A DNA stretch of 55,303 nt. Origin: a virus. Lineage: Duplodnaviria > Caudoviricetes. The translations under genes were made by a program, and so were the position numbers. This document shows, one piece after another, positions 17,157 to 23,974 of the stretch; the stretch's first letter is position 1, and each line of letters begins with the position of its first letter. The notes beneath the pieces are model-generated. The model searched no databases. It was not told where the DNA came from and was given only the letters and a program-made list of their open reading frames with translations. The DNA is taken from the IMG/VR virus record IMGVR_UViG_3300006026_000017, positions 1-55,303 of that record. One strand, written 5' to 3'.

Positions 17157-17354
17157 ATGTACGACGACTACGAGTTCGAATACGAGTATAACAACGAGTC
17201 ATATACATACGATCTCGACGAGATGTGCGAGTATCATATGGCACGTTCACAAACATCTATGCGAGATATGCACGAGACATATCATAATGATGATGATGAG
17301 TATGCACGAGATTCATGCGATTATGACACGCTTGCATACAGGCATTATGCATGA
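17157..17354 (+). CDS. small Asp/Glu/Tyr-rich protein
   Basis: Follows a perfect promoter; 19 D/E and 12 Y in 65 aa. Confidence 0.65.
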   Translation: MYDDYEFEYEYNNESYTYDLDEMCEYHMARSQTSMRDMHETYHNDDDEYARDSCDYDTLAYRHYA

Positions 17355-17360
17355 TATAAT
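17332..17360 (+). promoter_or_regulatory. sigma70-type promoter
   Basis: TTGCAT-N17-TATAAT with extended -10 TG. Confidence 0.7.
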
Positions 17361-17384
17361 ACGCACACAACGCACGAGATTCGC

Positions 17385-17540
17385 ATGTACACACTACACA
17401 AGCGCATGGTAAGTGTAACACTTGACATCGAGTGTTATGATGACTTGCCCCTGGAAGATTTGGACTGGCGAGAAGTCCTAGATCTTCAAGGTGACGAGCA
17501 TGTCCAAGTTACCATCAAGGAAACGGCAGATATCTTTTAA
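17385..17540 (+). CDS. small acidic protein, 51 aa (not in ORF track)
   Basis: MYTLHKRMVSVTLDIECYDDLPLEDLDWREVLDLQGDE... Confidence 0.7.
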   Translation: MYTLHKRMVSVTLDIECYDDLPLEDLDWREVLDLQGDEHVQVTIKETADIF

Positions 17541-17545
17541 ACTAC

Positions 17546-17627
17546 CAGTTCCCAGATTGGCACACTAATAATATTTGATTCTCAATAAGCATTCGTTATT
17601 GAGAACAGTGTGCCAATCTGGGAACTG
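17546..17627. repeat. nested inverted repeat (21 bp outer arms, 10 bp inner arms)
   Basis: CAGTTCCCAGATTGGCACACT / AGTGTGCCAATCTGGGAACTG enclosing TTCTCAATAA-N7-TTATTGAGAA. Confidence 0.95.
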
Positions 17628-17666
17628 CACACAAATCTCCTCATGGGGTTCGTGATCGTGTATTGT
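17610..17666 (+). promoter_or_regulatory. early-type promoter
   Basis: GTGCCAATCTGGGAACTGCAC, then 30 nt, then TATTGT. Confidence 0.7.
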
Positions 17667-17719
17667 TGTTTTGTGGGTGAGAATTCTCTTCACTAACTCC
17701 CCACGAAGTTTTTAACATC

Positions 17720-18088
17720 ATGACCGCAATCAATTTCTTTCACTTTGCCCCTGCAATTGAGGTGCTGGAAAGTGTCACAATCTGGGGCGCACGGGTTTAT
17801 GCCATCGGGTCTGAAATCTTCACCGTGACGGCAATCCTTTGGTGCCTGAACTTTCTGGGCAACATGATACAAAAGACTTTTGAGTTTGGTTATGCATTCG
17901 GCAAATTCTATCGCCGTTATGTACACTCTCACCTGAAGTCTACTGCCATTCGTGTTATCGCCCTGCTGATTCTTCTGGGTCAGTTAACCTTTGAGGGCGC
18001 ACAGGTTATCTACAACAACCGTCGTGAAATCTTGGAGAAAGTTAACACTTTCCGTCACAACGTTGGATCTTACTTTGTGTATGCTTGA
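17720..18088 (+). CDS. predicted membrane protein
   Basis: Hydrophobic segments IFTVTAILWCLNFL and IRVIALLILLGQL. Confidence 0.7.
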   Translation: MTAINFFHFAPAIEVLESVTIWGARVYAIGSEIFTVTAILWCLNFLGNMIQKTFEFGYAFGKFYRRYVHSHLKSTAIRVIALLILLGQLTFEGAQVIYNNRREILEKVNTFRHNVGSYFVYA

Positions 18089-18100
18089 TTCTTTATAGTA

Positions 18101-18207
18101 ACTGTGCCGATTCTCAATAGACATTTATTATTGAGAATCGCGGCTGCCCGTGTGCGGTCACCTAAGTGGCACAGTCAATGAGCACAGTGCTCAAAATCGT
18201 GTATTGT
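18101..18207 (+). promoter_or_regulatory. stem-loop plus early promoter cassette, copy A
   Basis: CGATTCTCAATA-N9-TATTGAGAATCG hairpin; GTGCGGTCACCTAAGTGGCAC, then 29 nt, then TATTGT. Confidence 0.8.
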
Positions 18208-18230
18208 ATCAACAGTTGAGAAATTCAATC

Positions 18231-18365
18231 ATGTTTGACGAACTTTGGTCTGAGATTGCTGATGCTCCCGGTGAGATCTTCGATGTTATTGAATACAAGG
18301 AAGAATGGGAAAAAGATGATAAGTTTGACGTAGAAGGTTACATTAAAGGAAACACCGATTATTGA
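18231..18365 (+). CDS. small acidic protein (start moved from 18150)
   Basis: MFDELWSEIADAPGEIFD... Confidence 0.7.
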   Translation: MFDELWSEIADAPGEIFDVIEYKEEWEKDDKFDVEGYIKGNTDY

Positions 18366-18397
18366 TGTCTTTCGTATCAACTTTCACCTATTCTAAA

Positions 18398-18565
18398 ATG
18401 AACACTAATCTTGAAATGTTGACTGCCCGAGAACAACTAATGGAGGACATTGATTCCATTTGTGATGAGTTCTTTTGTCAGAACTTTCCTAACTCTCAGG
18501 AACAGTTTGAGGAACTAACCCGCATCCTGTGTGATGCTGTCTGCAAAAACTTTCCCACTAACTGA
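18398..18565 (+). CDS. small acidic protein
   Basis: MLTAREQLMEDIDSI...LTRILCDAVCKNFP. Confidence 0.7.
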   Translation: MNTNLEMLTAREQLMEDIDSICDEFFCQNFPNSQEQFEELTRILCDAVCKNFPTN

Positions 18566-18570
18566 TTCAA

Positions 18571-18759
18571 ATGACTGACAACATTATCGATCGTGATGCA
18601 CTTCAAGATGCCATGATTCAGCAAATCTTGGATGATATGGACATCAAAACAATGATGGCAATTCTTTATGATAACATGAGTGAGAGTTATGATAAGTATT
18701 CAGTTGAAGAATTGATTGCAGAAGTAGAAGAATACTATCCAGATTTGTTGGAGGATTGA
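18571..18759 (+). CDS. small acidic protein
   Basis: 18 D/E versus 3 K/R in 62 aa. Confidence 0.75.
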   Translation: MTDNIIDRDALQDAMIQQILDDMDIKTMMAILYDNMSESYDKYSVEELIAEVEEYYPDLLED

Positions 18760-18766
18760 TGTCACA

Positions 18767-18838
18767 AACTGGTCGGCTGCCCGACCAGTTGGATAGGTGG
18801 CACACGAAATAGGCACAGGGGTCAAAATCGTGTATTGT
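18767..18838 (+). promoter_or_regulatory. hairpin plus early promoter cassette
   Basis: AACTGGTCGG-CTGC-CCGACCAGTT hairpin; ...AGGTGGCAC, then 29 nt, then TATTGT. Confidence 0.8.
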
Positions 18839-18859
18839 AGACCCATGAACAAAACACAG

Positions 18860-19018
18860 ATGACTGACACACTCCAAGACCTCCAAGATTTCATGTTCGA
18901 TACCATGTGCTCTGCAGATATGGCAGTCGATTGGTATTGTGATCGTTTCGACGTTAGTGCAACTGACGACGTGATAGATTTCGTGCTTGATGCACACTTT
19001 GCATTCTTCGGTGAGTGA
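18860..19018 (+). CDS. small acidic protein; start 18845 or 18860
   Basis: MTDTLQDLQDFMFDTM... Confidence 0.65.
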   Translation: MTDTLQDLQDFMFDTMCSADMAVDWYCDRFDVSATDDVIDFVLDAHFAFFGE

Positions 19019-19019
19019 C

Positions 19020-19172
19020 ATGAATTACGCTGAAATTCTCAAGGTTTGGAATAGCGAAACGCCTGATGATTTCGCTATCTTCAGTGAGTTCTACTATCAA
19101 ATGTTTGGGGAGGATTTTGACATCCCCTACACAACAGATTCAACCCGTTCTGCATTCTTTCCCTACGACTAA
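19020..19172 (+). CDS. small acidic/aromatic protein
   Basis: MNYAEILKVWNSETPDDFAIFSEFYYQMF... Confidence 0.6.
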   Translation: MNYAEILKVWNSETPDDFAIFSEFYYQMFGEDFDIPYTTDSTRSAFFPYD

Positions 19173-19372
19173 TGACTGAGACTAAATTCATTCTTCACGG
19201 TCAATTTCAACGCGATAATGGTTGGATTATGAACGACAGTTTGAGTTATATTGCTGCCACAAAACAAGAGGCGATTGCAACATGTAAGCGTCTCAATCCT
19301 GACTTCATGATTCACACCGTAAGGGAGGATCATAGTGTGCCTGAGGTTGTGAAACTGCAACCGCTTCGTTAA
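19172..19372 (+). CDS. hypothetical protein
   Basis: TAATG-coupled ORF. Confidence 0.7.
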   Translation: MTETKFILHGQFQRDNGWIMNDSLSYIAATKQEAIATCKRLNPDFMIHTVREDHSVPEVVKLQPLR

Positions 19373-19383
19373 CACTAACCGTT

Positions 19384-19484
19384 CCGATTCTCAATAGACA
19401 TTTTTTATTGAGAATCGCGGCCGCCCGTGTGCGGTCACCTAAGTGGCACACGATTTTGGCACGGCGTCCAAAATCGACTATCTT
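19384..19484 (+). promoter_or_regulatory. stem-loop plus early promoter cassette, copy B
   Basis: 19384-19450 matches 18107-18173 at 65 of 67 nt; -10 TATCTT lies 29 nt after GTGGCAC. Confidence 0.85.
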
Positions 19485-19536
19485 AGAGGAGTGGAGGGGA
19501 TCGCGCCCTTCCCGCCCGTTCTTTCTCTTCTCTCTC

Positions 19537-19899
19537 ATGCGTAAGATCGAAACCCAAATGATTGCCGCAATCAAGAATAACATTGATTGGAAGTGCGACA
19601 ACACTGAGGTTATTCACACTTGCGACAATGTGAATCCTCCCGTGTCTCATGTATATTTGCACGGGAACAAAATTGCTGAGGTTGGCGATGACTTCCTCAA
19701 ATTGTTTGACGGCGGTTATCAATCCAAGACTACAAAGTCACGTTTGAATGCACTTCTCTCTGAGTTTGGTTACACTTGCGGAACTAAGCAAGAGTATATT
19801 TTCCAGAAACAATTTGAATGGTTCATTCAAATGTTTGACCTGACAGAAGAGGCAATGCGGACTATTCCATTCACCAACGGAATGCGTTTGGCAGGATGA
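19537..19899 (+). CDS. conserved phage early protein (start moved from 19408)
   Basis: MRKIETQM...VYLHGNKIA...GGYQSKTTKSRLNALL...IFQKQFEWF. Confidence 0.8.
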   Translation: MRKIETQMIAAIKNNIDWKCDNTEVIHTCDNVNPPVSHVYLHGNKIAEVGDDFLKLFDGGYQSKTTKSRLNALLSEFGYTCGTKQEYIFQKQFEWFIQMFDLTEEAMRTIPFTNGMRLAG

Positions 19900-19954
19900 C
19901 AACTCTGGGGGTTAGATTCCCCCCCTCAATTGTTTTCACTTTATCTCTTCAATC

Positions 19955-20881
19955 ATGACTCAAAACCTTCATATCGAACACCCCGAAGATACCATCCTCA
20001 CAGGTGATACTTCGTTCCTGCAATCCATCAAATCCGACTTTCACCTTTCGGTTAAAATGGACGGCGCTCCTGCTATTGTTTGGGGACAGAATCCTGCCAC
20101 CGGCAATTGGTTTGTGGGCACCAAATCTGTGTTCAATAAAGTGAAGATTAAGATCAATGAATCTCACCAGGACATTGATGCTAACCATACTGGAGAGGTA
20201 GCAGAAATCCTTCACAAATGCTTTGACTATCTGCCACAAAACAAAGGCATTTTTCAGGGTGATTTTATTGGTTTCGGTGGATCTGATGAATATACCCCAA
20301 ACACAATTACCTACAAATTCGATGACATAATTGATCAGGAAATCATCATTGCTCCAAATACAGTTTACACCGCAGAATCTGACCTGCGTGATGCTGTAGC
20401 AGCACCGATGAAATATATCATCACTGACACATCTTATTGTAAGTTTGTCTTCCCTAAGGCATACATTTGGTCGGGTTCTTATTTGGAAGGTGCGGACGGG
20501 TTTGAGATGCCTCCGATCATCGATTTGATCCGTGAGTTGATGTCTAAGACTGAGTTTGTTTCTGATAAAGATGCAAAGCAAATTAAGAAAAATGTTAACA
20601 GCGCCATCCGTAACGGTTTGGGAATTACTCCCTACGATTTCATGGGTAACGTTAACCTTTGTTCTTTGTATGGGTTCATGATGGTTTTAAAGGATGAGTT
20701 GATGCATCAGTGCCGGAATGTTGGTCCTAGGGCATTCATCGGTCAGGATGAAATCTCTGCAGAGGGTTACGTTATGGACAGTGAGTTTGGTACATTTAAG
20801 TTGGTAGATCGTCGGCGTTTCAGTGCTGCCAACTTCAACAATTCCCGCTTCCAAACTAATATCCAAAACGGTATCGCCTGA
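19955..20881 (+). CDS. DUF6267-like protein with ATP-dependent ligase/nucleotidyltransferase-like motifs
   Basis: HIEHPED, VKMDGAP, FQGDF, EGYV, FKLVDR. Confidence 0.7.
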   Translation: MTQNLHIEHPEDTILTGDTSFLQSIKSDFHLSVKMDGAPAIVWGQNPATGNWFVGTKSVFNKVKIKINESHQDIDANHTGEVAEILHKCFDYLPQNKGIFQGDFIGFGGSDEYTPNTITYKFDDIIDQEIIIAPNTVYTAESDLRDAVAAPMKYIITDTSYCKFVFPKAYIWSGSYLEGADGFEMPPIIDLIRELMSKTEFVSDKDAKQIKKNVNSAIRNGLGITPYDFMGNVNLCSLYGFMMVLKDELMHQCRNVGPRAFIGQDEISAEGYVMDSEFGTFKLVDRRRFSAANFNNSRFQTNIQNGIA

Positions 20882-20928
20882 TACAGAACGGGCGCGCCCT
20901 CTCCGGTATCTTAGAACAGTTGAAAGCA

Positions 20929-21183
20929 ATGCACCCCATGAACGGATTCGCAAACTACGAAACCTGGAATGCCGCCCTCTGGATCGGTAACGATGAGTTC
21001 CTCTACAATACCGCGCGCGCCTGCGTTGAATTTGCCGAGGGTGAGAACCCCTGGGTCAAGTTCGTGCGATGCATGACCGACGGGCAGATCGGTCGCCACC
21101 TCGTCAAGACTGGCGACGGCGTGCGGTGGGATGACCCTGCCATCGATGCCGTTGAGATGGCGGAGATGATGGCGGACCTCTGA
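20929..21183 (+). CDS. conserved phage hypothetical protein
   Basis: NGFANYETWNAALWIGNDE.LY...TGDGVRW. Confidence 0.75.
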   Translation: MHPMNGFANYETWNAALWIGNDEFLYNTARACVEFAEGENPWVKFVRCMTDGQIGRHLVKTGDGVRWDDPAIDAVEMAEMMADL

Positions 21184-21229
21184 GGGCATCCGCCTTCCGT
21201 GATACAATACCACCAAACGAAACCAACTA

Positions 21230-21472
21230 ATGGCAAAGGCAATCGGCAACACACGCAGCACCGACACTAACCTGAAGGGGCAGGCGCTCCGTGCTAGCAG
21301 CGGCAGCGGGATGACCTTCACCAAGGCGCGGGGGTTGGGCGCTTCTATGGTGGCAGATTTGGATGCAGTGAAGCGCAAGGCACGGGAACAATACCGCGCC
21401 GACCGCATTGCTGCCGCCCGTGATCGCTTGGCAGATCGCCAGGCATACTCCCCCCTTGCCTGCCGCTACTGA
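21230..21472 (+). CDS. small basic Ala/Arg-rich protein
   Basis: ORF between a TGaTACAAT element and a terminator. Confidence 0.65.
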   Translation: MAKAIGNTRSTDTNLKGQALRASSGSGMTFTKARGLGASMVADLDAVKRKAREQYRADRIAAARDRLADRQAYSPLACRY

Positions 21473-21499
21473 CCCCCATGCGTTCGTGACCACAGCAGT

Positions 21500-21523
21500 G
21501 CCCCCGGTCTGGGGGCGTTTTTT
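21500..21523 (+). terminator. intrinsic terminator ending the early island
   Basis: GCCCCC-GGTCT-GGGGGC-G-TTTTTT. Confidence 0.85.
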
Positions 21524-21661
21524 GTGCGCCGCGTGTTGCCCCCCCGTATATAAAAACGCCTAACTACCCTAATCTATAAAGTGTTACGAAAGGCATGTAT
21601 AAATCTCAATGAGTAAAAAATTTTTTTCACTATATAAAAATTAGGCACAGGATTCAAAGAT

Positions 21662-21832
21662 ATGCAAAAAAATCCGCAGGAAAATTTAACAACCGTAGAG
21701 ATCGATCCAGTATCGGGGGAGCATTATATTGTAATACCTGAGTGGGTATGTGATGAGAACGGGTGGTACGAGGGAGTAGAAGTAAACATCGAGGTTGATG
21801 GAGATTCTATTATAATACGGGGAGTTGACTGA
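21662..21832 (+). CDS. AbrB/MazE/SpoVT-like small DNA-binding protein, 56 aa (not in ORF track)
   Basis: ...GEHYIVIPEWVCDENGWYEGVEVNIEVDGDSIII, matching the swapped-hairpin pattern I-P-x-x-x-x-x-x-G-W-x-x-G. Confidence 0.7.
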   Translation: MQKNPQENLTTVEIDPVSGEHYIVIPEWVCDENGWYEGVEVNIEVDGDSIIIRGVD

Positions 21833-21853
21833 GTATAGATAGAGTGTTATGAT
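21825..21853 (+). promoter_or_regulatory. sigma70-type promoter
   Basis: TTGACT-N17-TATGAT. Confidence 0.7.
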
Positions 21854-21875
21854 ACTGATGTAGTTACTTACAGTT

Positions 21876-22634
21876 ATGGCTAAAGGATTCACTGTTAAAG
21901 CAAAAGCACCAAAACCGTCTGAGTCAACACAAGAGTGGGACTATGATAAAGCAAAAGAAATGATCAAGGGGAAAACAGTTGTATTCTGTCTTCCCGGTAG
22001 AGGTGTTTCATACACATATTTGAAGAACTTTGTACAACTTTGTTTTGATCTTGTACAAGCAGGGGCGAGTATCCAGATCTCGCAGGATTACTCCTCCATG
22101 GTAAACTTTGCAAGATGCAAGTGTCTTGGAGCAAACGTACTGCGAGGTCCGGATCAAGTGCCCTGGGATGGTAAGTTAAATTATGATTATCAACTGTGGA
22201 TTGACAGTGATATCGTATTTAATGCCGAAAAATTCTGGCAGTTGGTCTTAATGGACAAAGATATTGCAAGTGGATGGTATTGTACGGAAGACGGGCGCAC
22301 GACTTCTGTTGCACACTGGTTAGATGAAGACGACTTCAAAAATAATGGCGGAGTCATGAATCATGAAACTCTCGAAACAATTGCCAAGCGCAAAAAACCA
22401 TTCACTGTAGACTATGCAGGATTTGGATGGTTGCTGATCAAGAAAGGAGTCTTCGAACATGATGAGATGAAGTATCCGTGGTTTGCACCAAAGATGCAAG
22501 TTTTTGATTCTGGTGCAGTACAAGATATGTGTGGAGAGGATGTAAGTTTCTGTCTGGACGCGATTGCAGCAGGATTTGAGATTTGGTGTGATCCTCGCAT
22601 TCGCGTTGGTCACGAAAAAACTCGAGTAATCTGA
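21876..22634 (+). CDS. GT-A fold glycosyltransferase-like conserved cyanophage protein
   Basis: LWIDSD (DxD), GFGWLLIK, GEDVSFC, RVGHEK. Confidence 0.8.
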   Translation: MAKGFTVKAKAPKPSESTQEWDYDKAKEMIKGKTVVFCLPGRGVSYTYLKNFVQLCFDLVQAGASIQISQDYSSMVNFARCKCLGANVLRGPDQVPWDGKLNYDYQLWIDSDIVFNAEKFWQLVLMDKDIASGWYCTEDGRTTSVAHWLDEDDFKNNGGVMNHETLETIAKRKKPFTVDYAGFGWLLIKKGVFEHDEMKYPWFAPKMQVFDSGAVQDMCGEDVSFCLDAIAAGFEIWCDPRIRVGHEKTRVI

Positions 22635-22795
22635 TGAAAGAGACAAAATATACAATCCTCCACAAGGGAAAGGTCTTATATAAGAACTTGACAGAGGAAG
22701 AATATTTTGATATTATGGAGGACCTTTCGATAGAGTATTATCAGAAAGGTTCTCCAAGACCTCAAGATCTTGAAACAAAAATGTTTAGTATTTAA
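22634..22795 (+). CDS. hypothetical protein, 53 aa (not in ORF track)
   Basis: TGATG-coupled; MKETKYTILHKGKVLYKNLTEEEYFDIMEDL... Confidence 0.7.
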   Translation: MKETKYTILHKGKVLYKNLTEEEYFDIMEDLSIEYYQKGSPRPQDLETKMFSI

Positions 22796-22803
22796 GGAGT
22801 ATT

Positions 22804-22953
22804 ATGGCAGTTCGTTCAAAAGTTGGTTTGGTCAAAGATGGTTTTCAACCTGGTAAACCGAAAAAAACTCGTCAAGGAAGTAGTGCAAATACGAAATATG
22901 CATCAACGTCTCGTAATAATGCAAGAAAAGCATACCGTGGTCAAGGTCGTTAA
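22804..22953 (+). CDS. small highly basic protein, 49 aa (not in ORF track)
   Basis: SD AAGGAG; ...PKKTRQG...KYASTSRNNARKAYRGQGR*. Confidence 0.75.
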   Translation: MAVRSKVGLVKDGFQPGKPKKTRQGSSANTKYASTSRNNARKAYRGQGR

Positions 22954-22984
22954 TACATAAATGTAGTAATGTAAATTTGTCACC

Positions 22985-23710
22985 ATGGCATGTTTGATAG
23001 CAAATCTTCCTTCAATTGAAGTATGGGTTCGTAAAGAATATCTAACAGATCATCAAAGCGGGCATGGTGAATTTGTAAAGGGCGTCTGGGTTTCGATTAA
23101 ATCGATTCCTGGGCGTGCTTTTTATTTTGAGACATATCTACCAGAATATGCCGCAATGTACGATAAATTGCCTATCAGCGCCTTTGTCTCGAATCCTGAG
23201 ACCCCTTCTCCTGATATGAACCTACCAAACCTTCAGTTTTGGAATTGTATGGATTACGGAGTCGTCTCGGTGGATAAAAAGTTTATTGGTTCAATGGATT
23301 TTGAATGTTATACAAGAGATCATGGCATCGTAAAGGGCACTTATGTATGTACAATTGATAATTATCACCATGATCCAGACTATGTTGACTATGCCACAAG
23401 TGAAAATCCTGCCGAACATAAGTCACATAATCTAATTAAACTTGAAAATGGGCAGTATGCACTCTATCCAAACAATAGATTGCGTATTTTTGACAATAGT
23501 TTAACTCCTGTTAATCCAAAAATGCCTGATTTTAAGGTTTCGACGCAATATTATCAAGTCGAGAACGGAAATGATCGACTTGGAATGGGTCGTGAGGACG
23601 AATATTTTTGGAAAACTGCAAAAGAACGCGAAAAACTAGAAGAAAAACTAGAAGAAAATCTAGAAGAGATGTACAAATCTCAAGATGGTCGCCCTTTAGA
23701 TTTACAATAA
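22985..23710 (+). CDS. conserved phage hypothetical protein
   Basis: 241 aa; LIANLP...WVRKEYL...QFWNC...EHKS...YPNNR. Confidence 0.85.
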   Translation: MACLIANLPSIEVWVRKEYLTDHQSGHGEFVKGVWVSIKSIPGRAFYFETYLPEYAAMYDKLPISAFVSNPETPSPDMNLPNLQFWNCMDYGVVSVDKKFIGSMDFECYTRDHGIVKGTYVCTIDNYHHDPDYVDYATSENPAEHKSHNLIKLENGQYALYPNNRLRIFDNSLTPVNPKMPDFKVSTQYYQVENGNDRLGMGREDEYFWKTAKEREKLEEKLEENLEEMYKSQDGRPLDLQ

Positions 23711-23771
23711 ATACGAAATAGGGATAGCAACCCCTCAAAAAGTTCTGTTTTTGTACAAAAACAGGAAAAAA
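23708..23771 (+). promoter_or_regulatory. late promoter with a structured leader overlapping the RBS
   Basis: TAAATA(23708); 20 bp palindrome CTGTTTTTGTACAAAAACAG (23745-23764) running into AGGA. Confidence 0.65.
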
Positions 23772-23948
23772 ATGGCAAATTCACCCGTAGATAGAGACAA
23801 AAACTACATGAAGTCTATGTGGGGAACTTCAAGTTTAATAACAGATTACTGGTCACTCCCAAGAAAAACAAAATATTCTGAAGAAAGAGTGCTTCAAGAG
23901 ATTATGCACGATGATCTCAACTTAGGACAAAAAAATCTCAACGAATAA
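23772..23948 (+). CDS. hypothetical late protein (start moved from 23751)
   Basis: MANSPVDRDKNYMKSMWGTSSLITDY... Confidence 0.7.
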   Translation: MANSPVDRDKNYMKSMWGTSSLITDYWSLPRKTKYSEERVLQEIMHDDLNLGQKNLNE

Positions 23949-23950
23949 GA

Positions 23951-23958
23951 TATAAATA
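23951..23958 (+). promoter_or_regulatory. T4-type late promoter
   Basis: TATAAATA before gp25. Confidence 0.85.
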
Positions 23959-23974
23959 ATTCAAAAATTATAAA

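Larger units (their letters stand above)
17017..17380. repeat. cluster of ATCTCGnCGAGA palindromes and CGAGA half-sites
   Basis: Full sites at 17066, 17102, 17142, 17212; half-sites at 17017, 17038, 17261, 17271, 17305, 17373. Confidence 0.85.

Noticed and set aside
17017-17380. CRISPR-like mini-array from recurring palindromes
   Set aside because: Repeats are only 12-13 bp, spacing is irregular (36, 40, 70 nt), they overlap promoters and an ORF, and there are no cas genes.
17546-17627. MITE or IS terminal inverted repeats
   Set aside because: No target-site duplication or transposase; the right arm coincides with the early promoter box, so it was treated as regulatory.
19949-21493. Long minus-strand ORFs (210, 165 and 88 aa)
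   Set aside because: They lie antisense to well-supported + strand genes, and stop codons are scarce in GC-richer DNA.
23630-23665. 3 x 12 bp tandem repeat (EKLE EKLE ENLE)
   Set aside because: In-frame slippage repeat in a charged C-terminal tail; no sign of phase variation.
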